A stretch of DNA of 64,000 bases from an archaeon (GTDB taxonomy: Archaea > Nanobdellota > Nanobdellia > SCGC-AAA011-G17 > GW2011-AR17): the NCBI GenBank assembly GCA_018653605.1, contig JABHYY010000021.1, positions 4,329 to 68,328 of the forward strand, in the 5' to 3' direction. Positions within the stretch are counted from its first letter, which is position 1. Each line of letters starts with the position of its first letter. The notes under the pieces were generated by a model. The model saw only the letters and a program-made list of their open reading frames with translations. It searched no databases and had not been told where the DNA came from. Of this stretch, positions 36,544 to 44,644 are shown one piece after another. The position numbers and the translations under genes are program-made.

Positions 36544-38334
36544 TTAGTACCACACTATTTCTATTTCTTTGCCAACAGTATCTTTTAATGTTTCAAGTGT
36601 TCTTGGCTTAAGCATCACTCGTTCAGGTTTATCAATGCTTGAGATAAACTTTTCATATTCACTCAAATCTGCTTTTTTAACACTTGTTATGCTACCATCT
36701 TTATCAATTTGCCCTTTAAATAGATTTTCCTTTTTAGAAAGGTCTTTTAGAATAAAGATTTTGTTCTTATGAATCAAACATTCGCCTGATTTGTCCTTAA
36801 CTTTGAACTTAACCTTCAATTTTTCAAGTTCCATGTACTTTTTCCTTTCAACGATATCAACAATGCTTCTGATGAATGCTGCTGCTGATTTTCTTGCTAG
36901 GTTTAGTTCTTGTTTGGACAATTTCTTTGCATCGTAATCTTTTTTTGCTTTGATTACATTTTCTAAATTTGTTGCAATCTTAGCTGGTAATTTGTCTTCT
37001 TTTAATTTAGCTTTGAATTCTTTTGATAAGTTTGTTTTTGTAACCTTTTTACCAATGTAATCTTGTACAACTGTCATACTTTGATTGTACATTTCAACAA
37101 CTGCAGATTTCTCATTTCTTAACTCAATCTCGTCGAACAGTTTGTTAATTCTTTTCAAATAATCTTCTGAATCTTTTAATAATTTGTCAACTTTTGTACC
37201 TGTAACTTCTTTTACATGGCCATGTTCAATATCTTTAAAGTATGCTCTCATACTTTCTAAAATGTCAACATACTTTTTTTCTAATAATTTTTCTTTTTTA
37301 ACAAAAATATCTTCCATTAACTTAACTGTTTCTTTTGGAGTTGGTGGTGGAATACCATAAAGCATAAGTGCTGCTTGTGCTGGATTCATTAAAGCGTAAA
37401 ACAAGTCTTCACCAACAATACTTAGTAATTTTTGTCTTGTTCTCTTTAATAATTTTTCACCAATTTCCATGTTCATGTCAATTGCTTCTGGTGAAGGTTT
37501 GATTCTTCCCATCTGCAATAACAATTTCCAAGGCATGAATACTCCTCTGTCATACAAAGGAACACCATCTCTAAGCATGGTAAAGATAACTGGGTTTGCT
37601 TCTTTCAAAGAGTCCCAAAAGTCTGTTAAAATGTAAGTTTGAATGTGGAACTGTGCGCCTTTAACACCTGTAATCATTGATGCTTCTTGGCCCATTGATA
37701 AGATAATTGCTCTTAGTTTGTCTTTTAGTTCTAACCTTGACATTCTTTTAACATCAGTGTCATCAATAACAATTGCTACATCAATGTCATTAGGGTTTGC
37801 ATCTCCTCTGAATAAGGATCCAACTGCAATGTAACTCACAACATACTTTTCAAATTTCTTAACTGCCATGTTTTTGTGGAACTCTGAAACTTTTAATGCT
37901 GAGAGTAAACCTTTATCATGGATAATTGCTGAAGTTGCAATCATTGCAATAAGGTCATGCTTTGCATCAAAACAAGCTTCTTTTAGTTCAGAAATCAACA
38001 TAACTTGTGGTTTGAAATTTTTGTCAATATCTTTTGCAAGATCTGCTGTTTGTTTTGTTAAGTCATTGATCAAAGGCATTCTTTTGAACTTGTCTACCTC
38101 TGCATCATCTATAAGAATGAATATGTGAACTTCGTCTTTGTTTACTTTTTCACCAGGTCTTGCTTTTGGTGGTGGTAACAAAGAAATAGATGTTAATTTT
38201 TTTACATCTTTGATTAATTTAGCTTTATATTTGTCTAATTTTCCCTTAAGATCTTTCATCTTTTTTTCTAATTCAGGGGTCATTTGAGGTTGTTGCGCAC
38301 CCATTGGTGGCATACTAAGATTAGTTGCATCCAT
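36544..38334 (-). CDS. nucleotidyltransferase-HEPN fusion protein
   Basis: GSLFRG..NDIDV Pol-beta motif; an apparently degenerate N-terminal copy; HEPN-like LFYALMNPAQAALMLYG. Confidence 0.75.
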   Translation of the reverse strand: MDATNLSMPPMGAQQPQMTPELEKKMKDLKGKLDKYKAKLIKDVKKLTSISLLPPPKARPGEKVNKDEVHIFILIDDAEVDKFKRMPLINDLTKQTADLAKDIDKNFKPQVMLISELKEACFDAKHDLIAMIATSAIIHDKGLLSALKVSEFHKNMAVKKFEKYVVSYIAVGSLFRGDANPNDIDVAIVIDDTDVKRMSRLELKDKLRAIILSMGQEASMITGVKGAQFHIQTYILTDFWDSLKEANPVIFTMLRDGVPLYDRGVFMPWKLLLQMGRIKPSPEAIDMNMEIGEKLLKRTRQKLLSIVGEDLFYALMNPAQAALMLYGIPPPTPKETVKLMEDIFVKKEKLLEKKYVDILESMRAYFKDIEHGHVKEVTGTKVDKLLKDSEDYLKRINKLFDEIELRNEKSAVVEMYNQSMTVVQDYIGKKVTKTNLSKEFKAKLKEDKLPAKIATNLENVIKAKKDYDAKKLSKQELNLARKSAAAFIRSIVDIVERKKYMELEKLKVKFKVKDKSGECLIHKNKIFILKDLSKKENLFKGQIDKDGSITSVKKADLSEYEKFISSIDKPERVMLKPRTLETLKDTVGKEIEIVWY

Positions 38335-38340
38335 TTTATG

Positions 38341-38772
38341 TTAATTGATTAAATTACTGTTTATAAAGGTTTCGGAGAGTTTTTTTATAATTTTTTTGAA
38401 TTTAACTTCGTTTTGGATAAGGAAACCATTACTAATATTCTCTCCCCTATAACTAATATCATTTCTTAATTTTCTTAGGTTATTAATTACTCTTATTTCT
38501 TCTTTAAAGAAATCAAACCTTATTTTGCTATAAGCTATTAAACAAATATGATTACTACAATTATAGCCTTCTCTGTATAAATTGGCAAATATTAATTCTT
38601 TGATAATATCATAATAAGCTTCTATTTTAAGAGAAGTATATTTTTCTTCCATATCTCTATCCAAAAATTCCAGCCTTAAGCTTGCCATAGCAAACATTTT
38701 ATTAGCTATTTCAGGATTTGATCCTATTTTTTGAATAATTCCCCTTTCAACACATTCTTCCCAAGTTATCAT
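38341..38772 (-). CDS. HEPN domain protein
   Basis: AYYDIIKEL..EGY..NH..LRKLRNDISYRG pattern. Confidence 0.75.
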   Translation of the reverse strand: MITWEECVERGIIQKIGSNPEIANKMFAMASLRLEFLDRDMEEKYTSLKIEAYYDIIKELIFANLYREGYNCSNHICLIAYSKIRFDFFKEEIRVINNLRKLRNDISYRGENISNGFLIQNEVKFKKIIKKLSETFINSNLIN

Positions 38773-38818
38773 AAATAGATTATTTATTGTATTTTTTATA
38801 AAAACTGCTTAGAATTTT

Positions 38819-38853
38819 CCGGAAATCTTTCAGGTTTTCTGAAAATCTTACAT
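38819..38853. promoter_or_regulatory. tandem palindromic operator (CTGAAA-ATC-TTTCAG x2), copy 2
   Basis: CCGGAAATCTTTCAG GTTTT CTGAAAATCTTACAT, 47 nt upstream of the HEPN ATG. Confidence 0.6.
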
Positions 38854-39378
38854 AACATTTATATGGCCATACAAAAGAGTGCCCAATACAATATTAATCC
38901 TTAATTCTCTAGAAAGATCATTTATATTTGGTTCAAAGAGAACATGTATTTTTTTTCCAAGCTTTTTTTCAAACTGATAAAGATCCAGATCTATATCTTT
39001 TGCTTCTACAAAAATATCAATATCACTTCTTTCTGTGTAATAACCATCTCCACAACTTCCATATAAAACCATACAATTTGGCCAAGATTTTTTTTCTATG
39101 TATTTAACTAATCCTGATTTCCTTATTTTATATAACATGTATTGTTTTTTGTAAAATCTAAAAATTTTATCTTCTCTATTTGCATAATATGTGGGATATA
39201 ATGTAGATAGCTCTTTTCTTATTAGTTTAAGTTTGCATAATTGTTGAACATATTTTGCAACTGTAGCATGGTTTAAATTAAGTTTTCTAGCTATCTCTCT
39301 AATATGATAATGTTTTAATGAGTGTTCCATAAACAATTCTAATATCTTATATGCTTTATTTTGAAATATCTTATCCAT
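38848..39378 (-). CDS. HTH-minimal nucleotidyltransferase (MNT antitoxin)
   Basis: HIREIARKLNLNHATV HTH; LYGS..G..SDIDIF motif. Confidence 0.88.
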   Translation of the reverse strand: MDKIFQNKAYKILELFMEHSLKHYHIREIARKLNLNHATVAKYVQQLCKLKLIRKELSTLYPTYYANREDKIFRFYKKQYMLYKIRKSGLVKYIEKKSWPNCMVLYGSCGDGYYTERSDIDIFVEAKDIDLDLYQFEKKLGKKIHVLFEPNINDLSRELRINIVLGTLLYGHINVM

Positions 39379-39384
39379 TTTTTA

Positions 39385-39424
39385 TTGGTTAAAAAAATAA
39401 CCAGCTGGTTAAATAAATAACCAA
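39385..39424. promoter_or_regulatory. tandem inverted-repeat operator (TGGTTA-N6-TAACCA x2)
   Basis: TTGGTTA-aaaaaa-TAACCAG-CTGGTTA-aataaa-TAACCAA between the TATA-like box and the HTH-MNT start. Confidence 0.7.
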
Positions 39425-39480
39425 GAAACATATAAAGCTTTCGGAGGAAAACTTGTTTGAGATGGCTACAATGGCCAGCT

Positions 39481-40074
39481 CTATCGTGAAGCATCTGCTT
39501 GTCTTTCTAACTCTTGTTTCTTTGACAAGGAATTACTTGCAGTATCTTTGTTGTAAGCTTTTAGAATTTCATCAGCTAAAGCTTGTTCAATTTTTTTCTT
39601 TTTTCCAAAGGAAGCACCATATGCACCTTGTGTCATTAACCTTAATACTAAGTCAACTCTTCTCTGTGGTGCGCACTCTACTGCTTTGGGATATCTTGCA
39701 CCACCATATTCAATTGTTGTGATTTCTTCTCTTGGTGCTGCATTTTCAATTGCTTTAACTAAAACCTTTACTGGGTTTTCTTTTGTTTTACTTTCAATAA
39801 TCATGAATGTTTTTTCAACAGTTGCATAAGCTTTTGTACCTTTTCCTGTATTGTGACCAGATGTAATTTTGTGTTTTTTACCTTTGTGGCCTGAACACAT
39901 TAACTTGTTTGCTAGTCTTTCAACAATGTGGTATTTTGATTTCCAGAATTGGTTTGAAGCACTTCTTCCACAACTAATTGGTATGATAACTGGTTCTAAG
40001 TTAATGTACCTAATTAATCCAGGGTCTTCGACCTTGATACCAGTTGTATCCCATTTGTTGAATAGTTTTATCAT
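39481..40074 (-). CDS. rps7: 30S ribosomal protein uS7
   Basis: [20 protein letters not shown] and PQRRVD motifs. Confidence 0.97.
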   Translation of the reverse strand: MIKLFNKWDTTGIKVEDPGLIRYINLEPVIIPISCGRSASNQFWKSKYHIVERLANKLMCSGHKGKKHKITSGHNTGKGTKAYATVEKTFMIIESKTKENPVKVLVKAIENAAPREEITTIEYGGARYPKAVECAPQRRVDLVLRLMTQGAYGASFGKKKKIEQALADEILKAYNKDTASNSLSKKQELERQADASR

Positions 40075-40508
40075 CTTCTACCTTTCTCTATCTTACCTTT
40101 TACTAAAGCTCTTAATGACTGATCATTAACTTTGATTACTTGCCATCGAACACATGGAATGTCTCCCTTAGCCCTACCCATTTTTCCACCAATACATTCA
40201 ATCATAATTTCGTCGTGCTCGTCTACAAGTTTGATTGCACCCATTCCAGGAACAAATGCTGTAACTTTTTTACCATTTTTAATTAACTGGCATCTTACTG
40301 CTTTTCTCATTGCAGAGTTTGGTTGTTTTGCTTCTAATTGAACTTTTTCTAAAACAATTGCTTTTGCTTGAGAACTTCCTTTCAAAGGATCTGCCTTTTC
40401 TCTTAACTTTAGAACTCTTGTTTTATAGATCTTTTTAGCCCATCTAGCTTTCTGCCTTTTTTCTTTTAGCTTCTTTCCAGCGCCTAAACCTTTACTTTTG
40501 TTTGCCAT
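40071..40508 (-). CDS. rps12: 30S ribosomal protein uS12
   Basis: [17 protein letters not shown] and GDIP motifs. Confidence 0.97.
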   Translation of the reverse strand: MANKSKGLGAGKKLKEKRQKARWAKKIYKTRVLKLREKADPLKGSSQAKAIVLEKVQLEAKQPNSAMRKAVRCQLIKNGKKVTAFVPGMGAIKLVDEHDEIMIECIGGKMGRAKGDIPCVRWQVIKVNDQSLRALVKGKIEKGRR

Positions 40509-40565
40509 TGGTGATTTTGGTTTTTTTAGGTATTTTTAAATGTTTCTATGTCTGAAAATAAAAAA

Positions 40566-41180
40566 TTAAGATCCCCTTTCAAGGATCTCTGAAAAATCTT
40601 CTGAGAAGATTACTCTTTCCCTTTGACAAGGTTCAAGTGAAGCAATCACATTTCTTAATTGCCCTTCATCCCTATTTACCATTCCATCCAAAAAAATGGG
40701 ATTAGTTAATAAGGTTATTGAAATTCTATCTGAATATCCACCAATACTTTCTATCCAAGACTTTAATTGTTGATATCCCCCAATATTACTTGCAAGGCTG
40801 TGTTGTTCCATTAAGACTGGACCTGAAATCTGCATACTCATACCTGCTGACTCTAATGTATTTATTAAATTTGTATCATCAGGATGAGGATCTTCCATAT
40901 ATTGAGCAAACATTTCTTCATCAAAAGGTTGACTAGGAGCTCCACCTACAAACAAATTTAAACGACCACCATCTCTTCTTATTCTAGAGAGGTAAGAGGA
41001 AAAGGGTATCAAACCAGATTGATAAACTTCCAAATCCCAACAAGAGGCACCATATGAAACTTCTGGTACTACATTCTGTCTTAATATGTCAACATGATCA
41101 TTTGGGCTAAGCAAAGGAAATCTTCTAATGCCTTCTGAGTAAAAACCTATTCTTATTCTTTGATCTGTTTGCCTTCTCAT
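40566..41180 (-). CDS. hypothetical protein
   Basis: 204-aa ORF starting 1 nt after the upstream stop. Confidence 0.65.
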   Translation of the reverse strand: MRRQTDQRIRIGFYSEGIRRFPLLSPNDHVDILRQNVVPEVSYGASCWDLEVYQSGLIPFSSYLSRIRRDGGRLNLFVGGAPSQPFDEEMFAQYMEDPHPDDTNLINTLESAGMSMQISGPVLMEQHSLASNIGGYQQLKSWIESIGGYSDRISITLLTNPIFLDGMVNRDEGQLRNVIASLEPCQRERVIFSEDFSEILERGS

Positions 41181-41181
41181 T

Positions 41182-41607
41182 TTACTCTTCCCCTATAATC
41201 ACTGCTTCAATTGTATCAACCATTGAGCTCACTCCCCTATGTCTAAACTCATAACAATCTTCCCAACCTGCTACATATCCAAGGTTTTCAAACTCTGAAG
41301 TTCTATAAATTACTAACATAGGGCTATAGACATTATTGAGTGCATCACCAAGATTCAAGTCATCCTCTTCATGAATGTAACCTCCTCGTTCTGTGCTCTC
41401 AGGGAATCTAAATGAAGTGAACCCTTTGATGAAATCCTGGTTCCCAACATTACCTCTTGATTCTAACTCAGGCAGAGCGCTTGATCCTGCCACACGATAG
41501 ATGTAACTATGGTTAGAGCTAATTCCATTTTGTGTCAATAGGCCTTCTAATATTGCGTCTGTTAATCCCTGTGAAGGGTCTAATGTTTCTGTTCTAATTA
41601 TTTGCAT
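41182..41607 (-). CDS. hypothetical protein
   Basis: 141-aa ORF with AGGAG SD. Confidence 0.65.
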   Translation of the reverse strand: MQIIRTETLDPSQGLTDAILEGLLTQNGISSNHSYIYRVAGSSALPELESRGNVGNQDFIKGFTSFRFPESTERGGYIHEEDDLNLGDALNNVYSPMLVIYRTSEFENLGYVAGWEDCYEFRHRGVSSMVDTIEAVIIGEE

Positions 41608-41616
41608 TTTTTTCTC

Positions 41617-41943
41617 CTATATTTCTATTAAAAATATTGAAAAGGCAATTAGCACCATCCCTACAGTTCCTCTGAGATTCAAACTCTCTCCAAAAAACAA
41701 AAAGCCTGCAAAGGCAACAGCAAAAATGTTTAACCCTAAGAATGCAGCAGTTGCAACTCCTACACTTTCAAACCTTAAAGTCTGTGCATAAAAAAAGATA
41801 CCTACAAGATTCAAAGATAGACCTAACACTAAGTAAGACATGTAATTTGATCTTGCCCACTGGAACAAAACCAAATCTCCACTTGTTACAAACACACCTG
41901 CCCCTAAAAGCAAAAGTGCCATTGTTAATCTTGTATTTTCCAT
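41617..41943 (-). CDS. SMR/DMT family small transporter
   Basis: Four TM helices, GVATA..FFGESLN..GMVLI; GGAGG SD before ATG 41943. Confidence 0.8.
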   Translation of the reverse strand: MENTRLTMALLLLGAGVFVTSGDLVLFQWARSNYMSYLVLGLSLNLVGIFFYAQTLRFESVGVATAAFLGLNIFAVAFAGFLFFGESLNLRGTVGMVLIAFSIFLIEI

Positions 41944-42058
41944 TTTTACCTCCAATATTTCTTATTTATTTAGGTGAAAACCATAGTCTATTAAAGAATC
42001 TAATAAAAAGTGCTTAAAATACGAAAGATATATAAATCTGTTTAGTATATTAAGAAAT

Positions 42059-42529
42059 ATGGAAACTATACTCGACGAGAAAGATAAAAAGATATTACAG
42101 ACCATAGATACAAAAGCAAGATTATCTATTGCAAATATTAGTAGAAAGACTGGAATTCAGAGAGATAGTGTTCTTTATAGGATCAATAAGATGAAAAAAT
42201 CTGGAGTGATTAGATTTTTTAGTACCACATTAAGCCCAGAAAAAATGGGCTATCCTATCAGTAGCTTTGTTAATTTCGAATTGTATAATTTAACAAAACA
42301 AGAAGAGAAAAAATTTATTGCTTTTTTGAAAGGCCACCCTTATGTTGTCTATGTTGCTAAAACAACAGGAAGATGGGATACAACTACACAAATAGTTGCA
42401 AAAAATCTAAAACAGTTTGATTCAGTAATTAGTGAAATCAGAATGAAGTTTCCCAGGATAATAAAAGACTACAACACAGCATCAATAATAAAAGAAATTA
42501 AGTATGACAATATGGTGGATTTGATATGA
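42059..42529 (+). CDS. Lrp/AsnC transcriptional regulator
   Basis: LDEKDKKIL..ARLSIANISRKTG..RINKMKKSGVI; RAM domain with TTGRWD. Confidence 0.92.
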   Translation: METILDEKDKKILQTIDTKARLSIANISRKTGIQRDSVLYRINKMKKSGVIRFFSTTLSPEKMGYPISSFVNFELYNLTKQEEKKFIAFLKGHPYVVYVAKTTGRWDTTTQIVAKNLKQFDSVISEIRMKFPRIIKDYNTASIIKEIKYDNMVDLI

Positions 42530-42855
42530 GGTTTCTTAGAAGAGCAATAAATAGAAGTGAATTAAGGCAGTTACTCGAGTTAAATGGGATCCAATTAAAA
42601 GATCTGAAAAAAAAGAGTTATAATTTTAGAATAAATGTAGGGACATTATGGGCTGATAAAAATAGTGGGTATGATCTTTCATCTATTGCAGAGAATGAAA
42701 GAGAAAAATGTGGCATCATTCTAAGAATACTTGTTTCGCGACCAAAAGAATTTTTTGAAAACCCTAACAACAGAGGGAAATTTGAGTGTAGAAAAACACA
42801 TATAAGAAGAGTTAATTTATTTATAATTAATAGAGATAAATTATTTCATAACTAA
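42526..42855 (+). CDS. hypothetical protein
   Basis: ATGA overlap with the lrp gene. Confidence 0.45.
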   Translation: MRFLRRAINRSELRQLLELNGIQLKDLKKKSYNFRINVGTLWADKNSGYDLSSIAENEREKCGIILRILVSRPKEFFENPNNRGKFECRKTHIRRVNLFIINRDKLFHN

Positions 42856-43242
42856 TTCTAGTTTAAAATATTTTTTAACAAGTTTACTAAGCCTTTTGAA
42901 ATTTTCTCTTTCTCGACCATAAATCTGTCCTTTTTCTCTAGAATTTGCTGTCATTATAACTAATTTCCCATCTCTAACTTCTACTTCAGATTTCAAAGGA
43001 TATATTAAATTTAATAAGAATTTTTCTGGAGAAGGATTGAATTCAATAATTTTGATATCTTTTCTAAACTTTAATTTAACTTTTTTAATTGTAGAACCTT
43101 GTTTGCCAATTGCTTTGCCAACCTCTCCAGGTTGTACAATGAAAACTAAACTTGTTCCTTCTTCAAGGCAATCTTTAACTTTAGCTCTTGTTAATCTTTC
43201 AAAAAGGTTGATGTAACCCATAATCTTTTGGTCAAAAATCAT
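42841..43242 (-). CDS. nusA: archaeal NusA
   Basis: KH motif GKAIGKQG; position after eL30. Confidence 0.9.
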   Translation of the reverse strand: MIFDQKIMGYINLFERLTRAKVKDCLEEGTSLVFIVQPGEVGKAIGKQGSTIKKVKLKFRKDIKIIEFNPSPEKFLLNLIYPLKSEVEVRDGKLVIMTANSREKGQIYGRERENFKRLSKLVKKYFKLELVMK

Positions 43243-43243
43243 T

Positions 43244-43492
43244 TTAGAAACATAGAACATTTATTGAAAATGCTTTTTTACAGATTGCACCAATTTCGTG
43301 ACCTGTGATTTCTTCTTCTGAAACTTCTACACCTGCCATTTTTGCAAATCTCAAAACATCCACCCTGAGCTCTTCGGGACAATCTCTTGCAATAAATATT
43401 TGTTTAAGTTCACCTGTTTTTATTTTTTTGATAGTTTGTTTTGCGCCAAAAGTAAGTTCTTGATCTTTAACTGCATCTTTTAGTGTTTTCAT
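43244..43492 (-). CDS. rpl30e: 50S ribosomal protein eL30
   Basis: GAKQTIK..IFIARDCP..EIGAICKK; operon position. Confidence 0.85.
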   Translation of the reverse strand: MKTLKDAVKDQELTFGAKQTIKKIKTGELKQIFIARDCPEELRVDVLRFAKMAGVEVSEEEITGHEIGAICKKAFSINVLCF

Positions 43493-44643
43493 TTTTTGTC
43501 ACCATCCTTTCCCATTTTTGTAACTAAACCTGGTAATCCAGTACCTACTGGAACTGGTTGGTTAAGCATTACATTTTCTACAACTGAGTTTAAGTAATCA
43601 ATTTCACCTTGAAGACTTGCATTGATCAGGTGTTTGATTGGAGTTTCAAAAGAGGCTCTTGCTAGAACACTTTCTTTTTCACTTGTGATACCACTTCTGG
43701 TTACACCCTTAATTACTCCTGAGCTTGTCATAAGGTCTGATATAAGCATGATGTGTCTGTGATCAATAGGTAAACCTTGTTCTTTAATAACATGGCTTGC
43801 TTCGCCCATAATGACTTGTCTCGCAGCTTCTATTCCAAGAACTCTGCCTACTTCGAAAAGATCGTTTGAAACAGTTCTATCTTTGTCAACTTCTGGAAGT
43901 ATAATAACTTCTGCAAGATTTGTACCTGAAGAAAGTAATACAATTTCTTTACCTTCTTTTTTTGGTAAAACTTCATGAATACCTTTAATTCCTTTTACTC
44001 TCAAATCTTTAACTTTTTCTTTCAAAGAGAATACAACAGGTAGTCCTGCTTCTTGATTTTTAGGTTTTACTATGAAACTGCTATCTTTTTGTGTAATATC
44101 TGCAACTTTTGCAAAATCTTTTAGACCTTTTAGGATATCATCTTCATTAATTCCTAATTCTCTCATTCTTTTTTTGTTTGGTCTAAACTCAACTTGAGTT
44201 CTTAAAATATTAATTGAAATTTCTGCTAGAACATCTCCTAGCTTTACACCTTTAATTTTACCAATGATTTTTTCTAAATGTTTTTCATCTTTATTGTAAG
44301 GTTTGTTTAAGTAGATCTGCATTGATGGTGTTGAAGGTGCTTTTCTTGCGTCGAAGATTTCAATTAAACGAGGTAAACCCAGTGTAACGTTCATCTCTGC
44401 AACACCTGCGAAGTGGAAAGTTCTTAATGTCATCTGTGTTGATGGTTCACCAAAACTTTCTGCTGTAATTATTCCAATTGCTTCACCTGGTTGGATTGCT
44501 GCATATTGATATTTTTCATAGAGCTTTTCAAATGCTTTTTTTAGCTGTTTGTCTGTTAATTTCTTTTTCTTTCCTTCTGTTAGTAGTTCATTAAATAAAC
44601 CTTCTGGAAGTTTATCCTTGTATTGTTCAGCTATTTTTGACAT
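43489..44643 (-). CDS. rpoA2: RNA polymerase subunit A''
   Basis: GEPSTQMTLRTFH, GLPRLIE and ARASFE motifs. Confidence 0.96.
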   Translation of the reverse strand: MSKIAEQYKDKLPEGLFNELLTEGKKKKLTDKQLKKAFEKLYEKYQYAAIQPGEAIGIITAESFGEPSTQMTLRTFHFAGVAEMNVTLGLPRLIEIFDARKAPSTPSMQIYLNKPYNKDEKHLEKIIGKIKGVKLGDVLAEISINILRTQVEFRPNKKRMRELGINEDDILKGLKDFAKVADITQKDSSFIVKPKNQEAGLPVVFSLKEKVKDLRVKGIKGIHEVLPKKEGKEIVLLSSGTNLAEVIILPEVDKDRTVSNDLFEVGRVLGIEAARQVIMGEASHVIKEQGLPIDHRHIMLISDLMTSSGVIKGVTRSGITSEKESVLARASFETPIKHLINASLQGEIDYLNSVVENVMLNQPVPVGTGLPGLVTKMGKDGDKK

Positions 44644-44644
44644 T

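Noticed and set aside
41182-41607. Possible degenerate ART fold (YIYRV...GFTS)
   Set aside because: Motif match too weak to support without a profile search.
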